This document shows positions 39,784-50,485 of a stretch of DNA of 64,000 nucleotides, in pieces (position 1 is the stretch's first letter; each line of letters starts with the position of its first letter). The stretch lies in the IMG/VR virus record IMGVR_UViG_3300028829_003504, positions 197,789 to 261,788 of that record; one strand, written 5' to 3'. The notes under the pieces were generated by a model. The model searched no databases, was not told where the DNA came from, and saw only the letters and a list, made by a program, of their open reading frames with translations. A program made the position numbers and the translations under genes.

Positions 39784-40845
39784 ATGGGTATTAGTATTGA
39801 ACGTAATAACTTTGTAAGCTTACAGCTTATGTGGAAATCCATAGTAGACGCTATGGTATCAGGAGGCTTCGAAGTGGAACTAGCAGCCGATGCAACAGGA
39901 GGTGTACTTAATATAAGTAGTGCAGGGACGTCCTACTCCGATAGTACTGTGTTGTACGTCCTTAAACCTACTACTGATGTTGATGCTCTTGCTGATACCC
40001 AACCTTGGCGTATAGTGATTCGCATCGAGAATATATCTGACGAGGTGGCTAACTCTTATTCAGTTAACGTAGTAACGCCAACTCAGATAATGTATGTACC
40101 GGGGTCGTCATTTGCTATAGCAGCACCTGATGAAGACAAGGAGCAAGGCTTACTTAACGTGGACGGGGATTCTACGGATTATAATCGTAGTTTCTTCCAC
40201 AGAGAGCCTGGTTCTTCTACTTGGAGTTGTTTTCCCTCAGAAACAAATGTAGAAGCAGTACCTCTATCGTATCGTATATCCGTATCCGATCATGGTATTG
40301 TATTGTTTACTTGGGCGGAAGCGCAAGATAGAGCAGGCGATTGTTTTAACTGGTTCTGTATACAGAGAGCCGTAGATTCAGATGGTGTAGTTCTTGTAGA
40401 CGGCCATGCCCCTTTATGGTGCGTGTTCTCTCAGGATGGGGGAGGCGGCTCTAACCTTGATACAGTTGACGCTGAGGGTATACGTAAGTTTGTAGTACGT
40501 GAAGACGATGTAAACGCACCTACAGAATCGGTTAGCGCTGTTGTACCTACAGCCGATTCCAGCCCTATAATAAATCCTATCCAGCAGGTCGCTATTAGCG
40601 AGAGTAATAAGTATATGTTGAACTTTCCACAAGGAATAAATACTCAACGTTACGCATACCCGCACCAACTGGATATGATATGCTATACGTCCGCAGATGT
40701 AATATCGCAGTACAGTGAGCCTTCGCTCCTTATCTACGGTGAAACACAGCCGCGGACGTATAAGGCTATGAATGCCAACTTCAAGGATAACAAAGGCATG
40801 CGAATGCTTATGTTGATCGTGGGTTCAGGTATTTCTGCCACTTAG
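39784..40845 (+). CDS. putative structural protein, paralog family copy 1
   Basis: Shares SYRxxV..HGI, WFCIQR, PLxCVxSxxGGG, FVxRExD, GLNxxRYxYP, YxAMxAN...NxGMR with the 40936 and 54495 genes. Confidence 0.7.
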   Translation: MGISIERNNFVSLQLMWKSIVDAMVSGGFEVELAADATGGVLNISSAGTSYSDSTVLYVLKPTTDVDALADTQPWRIVIRIENISDEVANSYSVNVVTPTQIMYVPGSSFAIAAPDEDKEQGLLNVDGDSTDYNRSFFHREPGSSTWSCFPSETNVEAVPLSYRISVSDHGIVLFTWAEAQDRAGDCFNWFCIQRAVDSDGVVLVDGHAPLWCVFSQDGGGGSNLDTVDAEGIRKFVVREDDVNAPTESVSAVVPTADSSPIINPIQQVAISESNKYMLNFPQGINTQRYAYPHQLDMICYTSADVISQYSEPSLLIYGETQPRTYKAMNANFKDNKGMRMLMLIVGSGISAT

Positions 40846-40935
40846 TATTTGCATGCCTCAAACATGTAATTTTTAGTATGATATCTTGAAGTGGGATATC
40901 TAAATTTAATTCTAAATAAATTAGGAGTACCCGTA

Positions 40936-42096
40936 ATGGCTACTATTGAAAAACGTAATCTGGTAGGAATGGAAGCAGTTGTCCAATCACTAGTGACAGA
41001 CTTGGCCGCTAATGGCTTTGAGATAATGAACGTGAACGACAATGATAGCAATTTAACTATTGACGGTGAGTCGAAGCGAATTTTAATGCGACCTACAACG
41101 GCAGTAGATCCTCTTGCTATTGAAGAGTCTGATTCGGGGAATGCGTCTTATGACTCTAGACAACCTTGGCGTTTAATGTTTGAAGTAGATAACGATGAAG
41201 GTGGCTTTCGTATTTGGGCTAATACACCTACAAACGTTATGGTTGATAGTGCTACTAAAGAAGTAACTATGTCTAAGAGCGTAAGCGTAGGTGATACAGA
41301 CTTCGCTACATCAGGTTTACTTACATATAAATCGTTAGACAAATCCGCGCAGAACACCAGAAAGGTTTTAGCGCCTGAAGGTGATTTAGCCTCAGCAGCT
41401 CAGAGTAAGTGCTACACAATGAACGTTGCTTATTGGGGAATCGATCTAACTAAAATAGATTACGAATCATTTCCTATGTCGTACCGTCTAACTGTTACGC
41501 CTCGAGGTATAATGGTAATGGTATGGGTAGAATCACGCGATAATCATGGTGCATCTTACGGTTGGTTCTGTATTCAACGTATGGTTGACGTTACAGGCGG
41601 AGCGGTATTGGACGGTAAAGCTCCTCTATTTTGTGTATTCTCTGAGAATGGTGGTGGTGGTGCTAGAGCTGATGGTACAGGAACTATAGCGTTAGACGGT
41701 ACTACCTATGACGCGTTAAACGCTCCTGAGCCTGATGGTATTAACCAGTTTGTTATACGTGAAGGCGATATAAATGCACCAGATATTCCGCACAGTGCGG
41801 TAATTGACACAGCAGATGCAACCCGTATTATTAACAGTACTCAGCAAGTAAGTACGTCGGAAGATAACCAGTTTATCCTTAATTTCGCAAAAGGTTTAAA
41901 TACTCAACGTTACTCTTACCCTCATGAGCTTGACCTATTCGCTTATACTTCTGCGGATGTTATTTCTCAATGGTCAGAAACTGAGGTAACCGTATACGGC
42001 GAATCTACACCACGTAAGTACAAAGCAATGAATGCCAACCACATTAACAACAAAGGTATGCGTATCTTAATGTTAGTAGAAGGCGGCGGCGTTTAA
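40936..42096 (+). CDS. putative structural protein, paralog family copy 2
   Basis: Same motifs; ATG 40936 after AGGAG. Confidence 0.7.
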   Translation: MATIEKRNLVGMEAVVQSLVTDLAANGFEIMNVNDNDSNLTIDGESKRILMRPTTAVDPLAIEESDSGNASYDSRQPWRLMFEVDNDEGGFRIWANTPTNVMVDSATKEVTMSKSVSVGDTDFATSGLLTYKSLDKSAQNTRKVLAPEGDLASAAQSKCYTMNVAYWGIDLTKIDYESFPMSYRLTVTPRGIMVMVWVESRDNHGASYGWFCIQRMVDVTGGAVLDGKAPLFCVFSENGGGGARADGTGTIALDGTTYDALNAPEPDGINQFVIREGDINAPDIPHSAVIDTADATRIINSTQQVSTSEDNQFILNFAKGLNTQRYSYPHELDLFAYTSADVISQWSETEVTVYGESTPRKYKAMNANHINNKGMRILMLVEGGGV

Positions 42097-42117
42097 TTAG
42101 GTAGTACTTTGAATAGG

Positions 42118-42150
42118 GGGTGTGTCTTTTAGTGAGGCACGCCCATTTCT
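42118..42150 (+). terminator. probable terminator
   Basis: GGGTGTGTCT / AGGCACGCCC stem (with G-U pairs) followed by ATTTCTTGTTT. Confidence 0.55.
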
Positions 42151-42171
42151 TGTTTCCATAGGAATTTAGCT

Positions 42172-45100
42172 ATGCTATACGAATTAGGTTATAGGTCAGG
42201 TGTGTCTCTCGGAGAAGAGGTAATTGGTCTTGAGTTCAAGGTAACTACTCAGTCACTTTCATCAGAAACTATGAGCGTAGACCTTGGTGGCCTGTCTGTC
42301 AATGGATCCAGAAAAGGGCCTAGCGCAGAAGTATATGCAGGTGATACGGTAAGCGTATACGTAAGCGCTTCTACTACTAAAGGGACCCCAGTCTTCGTTA
42401 ACGTACTGCAAGACGGAATATTAGCAGGGACTTTTGTTGTAATATCCGAAGCAGTTTCAGGGTCTATCTTCGATGAAGAATATTTAGATCTAGAGCCTTA
42501 TGAAGTTTTACCTGATAGTAACTGGACGGCATCACCTTTAAGGGGGATTTCTGTCTACGATAAAGTAGACTTAACCTTAAAGACTACGGTACCTCTCTCA
42601 GACTCACCTATATTAGATTTACCTGAATATAGAACACATATCCATGACTACCATAGAGATATGACGTATGTCTTGGACAGTACTGCCTATTTTAGGGATG
42701 AACCAATATTTAAGGGTATTATACCTACTGATTTATTAGGCCCAGTATCAGACTTTACCTTATTTGACACGGCTGGTGTACGCTATGGATTCGCAGTAGC
42801 CTACCGTAAAAGTAATAAGATAGTCATATTTGATGAATCTTATAATGTGAAATTGGAAATTGAATCTCAGGATCCTTTGAAAGTTTCAGGTACCGATGGT
42901 ACTATTTTCATTTTAGAGAAAGGCGCTACCAGTTTAAGAAAGATTGAATTCGATGATGTTTTTGCCTATACAGAAACACCATTGGAGTACGGAATTGTCA
43001 TTAAAGATTTCGTAGTGAACACCGAGACTATTAGTGCGGCCATTGTATCAGGTACTACAGTTGTCGATTTCGACGGTACTGTTTACTCAGGTATGTCACG
43101 TAACGCCTTCAAAGTTTACTATGAGCCTGTGTCGGACGTAATACTAGTTAACCATGGTCTTGAAGGTGGTCAGACTTATTTCAGAGGTGAGACAGGTCTT
43201 AGGACTAGAACTCTGAAAGAGACTAATATTAAATACCATACTTATACTGAGATTCGACGCGATGGAGGTACGGAGGTTATATACGTAGATGACGTAGGTC
43301 ATAATCTGTATACCCAGGACATAGTCGACCCCCCAGGATTGGTTAAACAGGCCGCTACTACGGAAGGACCTTCCTACGGTATAGCGATACTAGGCAATTT
43401 AGTATTCATACCTAACCTTTACGCAGACATTGATTTAAAGATTCTTGATTATGATACCGAGCCTGACTTATACAATTTAGGTGAAAGCCAGTTAGGTTAT
43501 GTAGGTACTGTAGTAGACTCCATCCCTGTCACGTTAGAGGGCATTAATGTAGATACCCAAGTATTTTTACCTGAAATAACCACGCAAGAGACTGAACTAC
43601 TTGTAAACGGAGTCCCCTCAGGTAAGAGCGCCACAGTTGTGGCAGGTGATACGCTGGCTATACGTACAACATCTATACGAGAAACAGGTCAGGATGATTT
43701 AATTCCTGTTGTGATAGGTCAAACGATATATAGCTACACACTACTACCTAACACACCTAACATACTGCCCAGATATACAGTGTTCTTACCTAAGGTAGTA
43801 GCAGCAAATACTGAGATTTGTTTGGATTCAAATACAGTATTCGGACTAGGTTTAGGTGTAACCCAGACGGTAACTACGGATAATGGTTTACTCATGGTGA
43901 ACGGAGATGCGGACTCTAAGGCCGCATCTGTGGATATCGAAGACGGAGATAGTCTGTCCTTATGTTTGACCTCAGGGCCGGATGCTTATGATGTAGTATC
44001 AGCCAACATTACATACGCGGATATATTCACGTCCCCTGTCTATATAACTACAGTTGATACTACAGTAGAGCCAAATCCTGTAGTAGCTGACTTGGACTTC
44101 CAAGACCCTGACTCTTTAGATATAATGAATAGAGTCCTCAATGTTAAATTAGGGCAATCTGTTATAAGCTCACCTGCTATAGTGGAGCTTACTGACTTTG
44201 ATGCAGAAGTCGATGTAAAGATACCTGACATATATGATTCGTTCTTGGTAATTAACGGTATTCAGTTACCTGGCCATACAGCAAAAGTTAAACATGGTGA
44301 TACTATATCCATAGGATTAACCTCTACGTTTAACTACCTGACTGACCATTCCATTCCAATGGTTCTAGGTAATAGTACATTTTATTTTATCGCCCAGACA
44401 ATACCAGATTACGTACCTAATGGTTTTTACTTTGGTTTCAAGGAAAACCTGCACATAGCAGATAGAGTTTTATCTGATATAGTTACGGTAAGTGGTTTAA
44501 TGGAGGGTACTTATGTCCCTCTTGTAATACCTTACGGAACTGTACCTATTATAGACGGCGTTAGACTTGATATAGCTAACCACCTTCTAGACTATAGAGG
44601 TGTCCTTACAGACGATTTCCATCATATAATTTCTAATGGATCTACCTTACAGCTTGAAGGATTCGCTAGACCTACTTACGGTGACCGTAATGTACTGGAA
44701 GTAACTATCGGCTATAGGACAGGCCTATGGGAATTATCTACTTTTGAAGTCGAAGAGTATGAAAGTAATATTCTGCCTGATGTAGTCTCAATAGACCGTC
44801 CTGATTATGCTACTACTTTCATGAGAAAGCCTGTTTTAGTAGAAAGAACTCTAAATACGTCTATTGTAAGTGTTAGTACACGACCAGTTTTGACACCCCT
44901 AAGAGTGGCGTCTATACCCTCCAAGGGCGCCACTATTAAAGCCTCAAAAGCTATCTCAGTCGTCAACCCATCAGTAAGTACGTATGCTGATACTTCACCT
45001 ATATCAGCCTTAGTAGGCTCAAGTTCCGTACTAGTAGACAGACAGGGATCTATACTAGGATCTCTTTCATCGAGCAAGGCATTATCTTCAATTGCTTACG

Positions 45101-46140
45101 GCAAGAATAAGTCAACTTCTCTAGTTTCAAATAACTTGAGAAGAGAGACTCATGGCAGTAACGATGTGATGTCTCTTTTTAGAGGCGCACATAGGGAGCT
45201 AGTGAATGGGTACGAGGCATTTAAGTCAGAAGGGTCCGCGCCTAAGATAGGAACTAGGCACGACGGTGTGACTGTGTTTATCCATAACCCTGTAAGCTTT
45301 AGTGCGTCTGATATACGTGACCTACAGGCAGTTATATTTCCGGATAGTCCTGCGGCATTAATGCCGGCCATACCTTGGGCTAAAGACGAGCTTAGACAGC
45401 CTGTACTTGTCAGCTATAACTCGGATTCAACTATATATCCTAGAGCGGAAACTATTAAGTTTGAACGTTCTTTTGTTGTATATCAGGAGACACCTAATAA
45501 CATTAAGGCTTACAGACCTGAAGCCATAGCCTACGATAACAGCGGATATAAGCGTGCAGCTAGGCAGGATACTATAGTAAACGTACATCCTGAAATCAAG
45601 TGGGCTACTCCATATAAATTTAATGCACCTGTTCCTCCTGCACTGGCAGAAAGAATTTTTAAAGTAATAGCCCCTAAAAAACCTGTCGCAGGACCTAGGT
45701 TATTTAAAGTATTAAAAAATAGTACAGTAGTAGTTGGAGCTAGACCTTCGATCCAATCTTACAACGTACATCCTGTAGTAGTAACCAGGTCTCCTATAGT
45801 AGTACCTATACCAGTACCTGTTAAATGGACTAGGCCTGATACCATTGTGCCTGATTACTCAAGACTTACAATATCGCGCCCTGACACAGTAGTCATTACT
45901 AACCCTACGGTTTATATGTCTTCTAAGTCAGAGGTCTTCTTTGATAAATTTACTGACAGCTATTTGGACGGAACATTTGAGACTGCCGAAATTGCAGAAC
46001 AGGCAGCGGAAGCGAAAGGCCTTGTCGATAACGACTATTCAATAGTTCCGTATGGCGGTAGATTTATTTGGATTAGAGTTTTGCCCTGTGAAAATATGTG
46101 TTATGATTGTCCTCCAGCAGGATATATACAAGGCGGTTAA
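42172..46140 (+). CDS. large virion protein (fibre/baseplate-like, beta-rich)
   Basis: 1322 aa; repeated beta modules (V.ING...ATV..GD...I), Cys-containing C-terminus; structural neighbourhood. Confidence 0.6.
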   Translation: MLYELGYRSGVSLGEEVIGLEFKVTTQSLSSETMSVDLGGLSVNGSRKGPSAEVYAGDTVSVYVSASTTKGTPVFVNVLQDGILAGTFVVISEAVSGSIFDEEYLDLEPYEVLPDSNWTASPLRGISVYDKVDLTLKTTVPLSDSPILDLPEYRTHIHDYHRDMTYVLDSTAYFRDEPIFKGIIPTDLLGPVSDFTLFDTAGVRYGFAVAYRKSNKIVIFDESYNVKLEIESQDPLKVSGTDGTIFILEKGATSLRKIEFDDVFAYTETPLEYGIVIKDFVVNTETISAAIVSGTTVVDFDGTVYSGMSRNAFKVYYEPVSDVILVNHGLEGGQTYFRGETGLRTRTLKETNIKYHTYTEIRRDGGTEVIYVDDVGHNLYTQDIVDPPGLVKQAATTEGPSYGIAILGNLVFIPNLYADIDLKILDYDTEPDLYNLGESQLGYVGTVVDSIPVTLEGINVDTQVFLPEITTQETELLVNGVPSGKSATVVAGDTLAIRTTSIRETGQDDLIPVVIGQTIYSYTLLPNTPNILPRYTVFLPKVVAANTEICLDSNTVFGLGLGVTQTVTTDNGLLMVNGDADSKAASVDIEDGDSLSLCLTSGPDAYDVVSANITYADIFTSPVYITTVDTTVEPNPVVADLDFQDPDSLDIMNRVLNVKLGQSVISSPAIVELTDFDAEVDVKIPDIYDSFLVINGIQLPGHTAKVKHGDTISIGLTSTFNYLTDHSIPMVLGNSTFYFIAQTIPDYVPNGFYFGFKENLHIADRVLSDIVTVSGLMEGTYVPLVIPYGTVPIIDGVRLDIANHLLDYRGVLTDDFHHIISNGSTLQLEGFARPTYGDRNVLEVTIGYRTGLWELSTFEVEEYESNILPDVVSIDRPDYATTFMRKPVLVERTLNTSIVSVSTRPVLTPLRVASIPSKGATIKASKAISVVNPSVSTYADTSPISALVGSSSVLVDRQGSILGSLSSSKALSSIAYGKNKSTSLVSNNLRRETHGSNDVMSLFRGAHRELVNGYEAFKSEGSAPKIGTRHDGVTVFIHNPVSFSASDIRDLQAVIFPDSPAALMPAIPWAKDELRQPVLVSYNSDSTIYPRAETIKFERSFVVYQETPNNIKAYRPEAIAYDNSGYKRAARQDTIVNVHPEIKWATPYKFNAPVPPALAERIFKVIAPKKPVAGPRLFKVLKNSTVVVGARPSIQSYNVHPVVVTRSPIVVPIPVPVKWTRPDTIVPDYSRLTISRPDTVVITNPTVYMSSKSEVFFDKFTDSYLDGTFETAEIAEQAAEAKGLVDNDYSIVPYGGRFIWIRVLPCENMCYDCPPAGYIQGG

Positions 46141-46177
46141 TCTAATTTATAGTTATATATAAAAAAGGAATATTTCT

Positions 46178-47995
46178 ATGTTAAGCGAATCCGCTAAGTT
46201 TGAAAACTTAGACCAATTCAAATGGTACACCTATACAGGTCGTAATAAGAATCTGGTAGCAAGAAAGCATGAGAGACTATTAGTGAAAGGTGCCGTATAC
46301 GGCATGAAAGCCATTAGGGGTGATAAATTCTATATAGTCTTTCCTGAAGACTACCACATTGACTTTACGGTTACTAAGCGTGTAGGCCTTAATATATCTA
46401 AAAACTCTAAACTTAAGCGTAAGCCACCTCCACTGACTAATAACAAGGGAGAGGGAGGTCGTGCTTCTCGCACACTAGGGCCTAAAGGCCTTGGTAGAGT
46501 CCAAAAGGCCCAAGAGAAGTCTAAGTGGGATGCTACTTACTTCAAGCCGCAAGCTCGGGTAGGGGATGAATTGAAGAACGGTATAAGTTTCGAGAATTAC
46601 CAATGGCGTAATTTTACGGACATAACTCCCATTAGGAAGCGTAATGGTACCAAGGTTGTTCACTCATTCCCAAAGAAGTCTATTGTAGGTGTCCGCTTCT
46701 TACGTGATAGTAAAGGAGCTAAACTAGTTACTACTGATGGTAAAGTACTTACTATAAGTAAAGAGCAGTTTGATATGGTACTTAACGCATCGAAAGTAAT
46801 GCCTAAGAATAAATGGCCTGAAGGGACCATCTCTGTTGAAGAAATGGCTGAGAACCTTCAGTACGAAAAAGAATCGGACAAGGCCCGACGCATTTCTGAT
46901 AGAAACCTAGCCAGAGCCGATAACGAAGCAGCTAGGCGTGAAAAGAAGAATCAGGAGCGTAAGAAGAGACGGGAGGATCAAGAAGCCATTAGGTCCGAAC
47001 GCGAGAGATTGAAGCGAAGACTTGAGGGCCGTAAGAAAGAAGTCAATCTTACTATGAAACCTAAGACCAGTAAAGAGCTTGCGGATATATTAGTGCAGGG
47101 TAAAAAGCCTAAAGAGGACGAGGGCGTATTATCTGATATGGATCTGCAAGAGAATCTAGACGCCCTTAAGCAGATGGACTTGGATTCAGATGATACTCAG
47201 GACTACGATGACGAAGAGTCTGGAGGGGAAGGTGGTACTTCTAATGACTTCGATGATAGTGACCTGTCGGACGCAGATATGCCTGACCCTGAAAACCGTG
47301 ACTTCGATGATAACGAATCCGATAAACTTATGGACGACCTTGACGAATTAATCGAGCAGCGACACGAGCAGGCATTTAGTTTAGGTGACCTTGACGGCGA
47401 AGACGAAGAGGAAGACCTTGACGAAGAGGAAGACCTTGACGAAGAGGAAGACCCGGACGAAGAGGAAGACCCGGACGACCTTGACGAAGAGGAAGACCCG
47501 GACGACCTTGACGAAGAGGAAGACCCGGACGACCTTGACGAAGAGGAAGACCTTGACGAAGAGGAAGACCCGGACGACCTTGACGAAGAGGAAGACCCGG
47601 ACGAAGAGGAAGACCCGGACGTCGCTATTGCTGAGGAGGAGCTAGGAGAAGAAGGAGAAGAGGAAGACCTGGACGAAGAAGGTGACTCTAATCCTAAAGA
47701 CTATGTATCAGAAGAAGGTGACGTGGTTTTATTCCTAAGTGATGATAGCGATAAACGTGAGTACGTACTACTTGACATATTCCCACTACCTGCAAACAAT
47801 AACATCACTGTGTATAAGGTGTACGATGTAACCAACAAGCCTGACGTGTTCAATACTGTCCGTGTAGCAAAAGGCTCTCGTAATAAGTTTGAGAATATGG
47901 TTAAGTTCCTGCGCAAAATGAATCCAAAAGAATATAGTGGCTACTATACCTCAGCCGAACTTATGGATAGGTCTAAGAGTCCTATTAACAGCTAA
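46178..47995 (+). CDS. putative internal virion protein with basic N-half and acidic repeat region
   Basis: Starts MLSESA; DEEEDL/DEEEDP repeats. Confidence 0.65.
   Translation: MLSESAKFENLDQFKWYTYTGRNKNLVARKHERLLVKGAVYGMKAIRGDKFYIVFPEDYHIDFTVTKRVGLNISKNSKLKRKPPPLTNNKGEGGRASRTLGPKGLGRVQKAQEKSKWDATYFKPQARVGDELKNGISFENYQWRNFTDITPIRKRNGTKVVHSFPKKSIVGVRFLRDSKGAKLVTTDGKVLTISKEQFDMVLNASKVMPKNKWPEGTISVEEMAENLQYEKESDKARRISDRNLARADNEAARREKKNQERKKRREDQEAIRSERERLKRRLEGRKKEVNLTMKPKTSKELADILVQGKKPKEDEGVLSDMDLQENLDALKQMDLDSDDTQDYDDEESGGEGGTSNDFDDSDLSDADMPDPENRDFDDNESDKLMDDLDELIEQRHEQAFSLGDLDGEDEEEDLDEEEDLDEEEDPDEEEDPDDLDEEEDPDDLDEEEDPDDLDEEEDLDEEEDPDDLDEEEDPDEEEDPDVAIAEEELGEEGEEEDLDEEGDSNPKDYVSEEGDVVLFLSDDSDKREYVLLDIFPLPANNNITVYKVYDVTNKPDVFNTVRVAKGSRNKFENMVKFLRKMNPKEYSGYYTSAELMDRSKSPINS
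47402..47620 (+). repeat. coding tandem array of 18-bp units with 9-bp GACGACCTT inserts
   Basis: GACGAAGAGGAAGACC(TT/CG) about 12 times, encoding DEEEDL/P. Confidence 0.95.
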
Positions 47996-48003
47996 ACTGT
48001 AAG
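47994..48003 (+). promoter_or_regulatory. AAACTGTAAA motif
   Basis: Upstream of ligase; near-copy TACTGTAAAT at about 48013. Confidence 0.5.
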
Positions 48004-48052
48004 GATTCCTTATACTGTAAATCACGTATTATGCGAATTACGGAAGTATACT

Positions 48053-50014
48053 ATGACACAAAGGTTAAGTAAAAGACAATTGATTGCAGACCCAGTAGGG
48101 TACGCACAATCACTAGAAAAGCCATTACTAGAAAGTCTGTTGGATAGATTGGACAAAGCTTTCCACAATGATATGGACCCCTTAATTTCCGACTATAGCT
48201 ACGAAGAGATTATGGACTGGTATAGAGATAAGTGGCCTAAAGCTAAAAGGTTAAAGCAGACAGGTATTAGGCTTGGTAATAAGCAAGAGGAGGTAAAGCT
48301 TCCTAACTTCATGCCTAGTTTATTGAAGGTTAAACCTGATACAAAAGAGTTTTCGTCCTACGTAGATAACTATATAGGTCCGTACGTACTAACTGACAAA
48401 CTCGACGGCATTAGTCTTCAAATTATATACGAAGGCGGACGCCCTACTAAAGTTTATACGCGCGGTAACGGACTTATGGGTAAAGACGTTTCTCGTCACA
48501 TACCGAACTTTAAGATACCTAAACGTATTAGCACTAAATCACGTATTGCCGTTAGAGCCGAAGCTATTCTTAATGAAAGTACGTTCCAGCGTAAGTTCAG
48601 TAAAGACAGTGGCGGTAAGTATACCGCAGCACGTAATACAGCGGGTGGGTTTATTAATAACACCAAAGGCGATAGCACTGGTCTAAAGTCAGTTGATGTT
48701 ATTGTCTATGAAATGCTCGAAGGGCCGAACGCCAATAAGAAGCTTAGCACGCAGTTGAAGTATATGGAGAAACTTGGATTCAAAGTAGTCCATCATCGGA
48801 CAGTTAAATCAATTGATAGCGCCAAGCTCAGTAAGTACTACGCAGATCGCGTTAAGAACAGCAAGTACGAAATTGACGGTATAGTTGTAGCCAATAATGC
48901 GCCCTATGTGAGACGTTCCTCGTTACCTAAACACGCTAAAGCCTTTAAAGAAAACTCACGTTCTGATATGAAAGACGTTAAGGTACTTAAAGTATCTTGG
49001 GAGTTATCTAAAGGCGGTAAGATTATCCCACGTATATGGTATGCTAAGACCACATTAGGAGGTGTCAGTAATGATAAAGCTACAGGACATAATGCGTTCT
49101 TCGTTATTAATGGCTTTAGGCAAAAAGAGATTAAAGATAACAAGCCAGTTATGCCGCTCGGACCTGGCGCTGTTGTCCGAATCGTCCGTAGTGGTAAAGT
49201 TATACCACATATTGTTGAAGTCGTTAAAGCTGCTCGTGGCCGCAAGCCTCAAATGCCTGATGTACCTTATGTTCTTCGTGGTGCTGATGCTTATTACTCT
49301 GGTGAGCGTCACGGTGATACTTATGCAAAGCAGATTACACACTTTTTCGTTACGATAGGTGTTGACGGATTGAAGCTTACTTCGGTTAAGAAGCTAATAG
49401 ACGCAGGTCTAGATTCAGTTAAGAAAATAATTGAAGCCACCGAAGAAGATTATGCCTCTATTGATGGTATCGGTGAAGTTAAAGCTAAACAGTGGTCCCG
49501 TCAGATTAAGATTAAACTTAAACAGACGGATGCAGCCACATTGGCGGATGCCTCTGCAATTTTCATAGGCTTTAGTAAAAGTAGGCTAGATACTCTGTTT
49601 AGTATATTCCCTAGTACTTTAGCTATGAGCAAGTGGACTAAATCTAAGGTTCTAGCTAGGATACACGGTTCAACTACAGGCTTTAAGAAACTTGCCGATA
49701 ACTTCGTTGATATGCTACCTAAGTTTATAGACTTTGTAGAAGATAACGAGTTGATTTTACGTAAACCTAAGAAAGCACCTAAGCCTAAAGGTAATAAGTT
49801 CAGTACTTATAAGATTACGTTCACTGGTGTTAGAGATAAAGACCTGCAGCATTATATTGAGGAGCAGGGAGGTATTGTTCAGAACATGAAGTCCGATACT
49901 AACATGCTGCTTATTAAAGATGATTCATATACTTCAAGTAAGATAGATAAAGCCAATGCTAAAGGTATACCTGTTCTTACCTTGATTCAGTTCAAAAAGA
50001 AATTTAAAATGTAA
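48053..50014 (+). CDS. ligA: NAD+-dependent DNA ligase
   Basis: Domain Ia ISDYSY, KLDG adenylation motif, RGNG, EIDGIV, SGKVIP, HhH region, C-terminal BRCT (ITFTG). Confidence 0.92.
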   Translation: MTQRLSKRQLIADPVGYAQSLEKPLLESLLDRLDKAFHNDMDPLISDYSYEEIMDWYRDKWPKAKRLKQTGIRLGNKQEEVKLPNFMPSLLKVKPDTKEFSSYVDNYIGPYVLTDKLDGISLQIIYEGGRPTKVYTRGNGLMGKDVSRHIPNFKIPKRISTKSRIAVRAEAILNESTFQRKFSKDSGGKYTAARNTAGGFINNTKGDSTGLKSVDVIVYEMLEGPNANKKLSTQLKYMEKLGFKVVHHRTVKSIDSAKLSKYYADRVKNSKYEIDGIVVANNAPYVRRSSLPKHAKAFKENSRSDMKDVKVLKVSWELSKGGKIIPRIWYAKTTLGGVSNDKATGHNAFFVINGFRQKEIKDNKPVMPLGPGAVVRIVRSGKVIPHIVEVVKAARGRKPQMPDVPYVLRGADAYYSGERHGDTYAKQITHFFVTIGVDGLKLTSVKKLIDAGLDSVKKIIEATEEDYASIDGIGEVKAKQWSRQIKIKLKQTDAATLADASAIFIGFSKSRLDTLFSIFPSTLAMSKWTKSKVLARIHGSTTGFKKLADNFVDMLPKFIDFVEDNELILRKPKKAPKPKGNKFSTYKITFTGVRDKDLQHYIEEQGGIVQNMKSDTNMLLIKDDSYTSSKIDKANAKGIPVLTLIQFKKKFKM

Positions 50015-50023
50015 GGTACACTA

Positions 50024-50470
50024 ATGGACATATTTGTTTCAAATAACCAAACACTAGACAGCGCCTTCGAGTCCCATTTAATAAAGGATGCGGAGCGTAT
50101 GAGCAGGAACAAAAGGAGTCGTGAGACTTTAATTTATCTTAATCCAAAGGACTTTCTAAAACTAGCGGAAGGAGTAAGGCACTATGACGAAGCTAAGCAC
50201 GATACGGTAAAAGGGGTCTTATCTAGAGGTGAGAGCTTCGACGCACTTCCCTACCTAAAGACTAAATTAATCAATGGCCGTGAGTTTAAGGTGACAGGTC
50301 ATGAGGGTCGTCATCGTAGTATTTACTTACATCAAAAGTTCCCTAATAAACTAATACCGATTAGACTTATAGATTCATCAATGCGTTGGGGTGAAGACGG
50401 TCTAAGTAATTCTGAGATTACTCTAGAAGCCGAATCTTCTAGACTCAGAATTAACGTAATAGTTCCTTAA
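50024..50470 (+). CDS. hypothetical protein with ParB/Srx-like motif
   Basis: LPYL...VTGHEGRHR; N-terminus MDIFVSNN. Confidence 0.45.
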   Translation: MDIFVSNNQTLDSAFESHLIKDAERMSRNKRSRETLIYLNPKDFLKLAEGVRHYDEAKHDTVKGVLSRGESFDALPYLKTKLINGREFKVTGHEGRHRSIYLHQKFPNKLIPIRLIDSSMRWGEDGLSNSEITLEAESSRLRINVIVP

Positions 50471-50485
50471 GGCAGAGGATTTAAC

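Noticed and set aside
47402-47620. Possible CRISPR array or DGR template
   Set aside because: Units abut directly with no unique spacers, are in-frame coding repeats, and no cas or reverse transcriptase gene is visible
47385-47645. 86-aa TLTKRK-repeat ORF
   Set aside because: Alternative frame of the acidic DEEEDL tandem array
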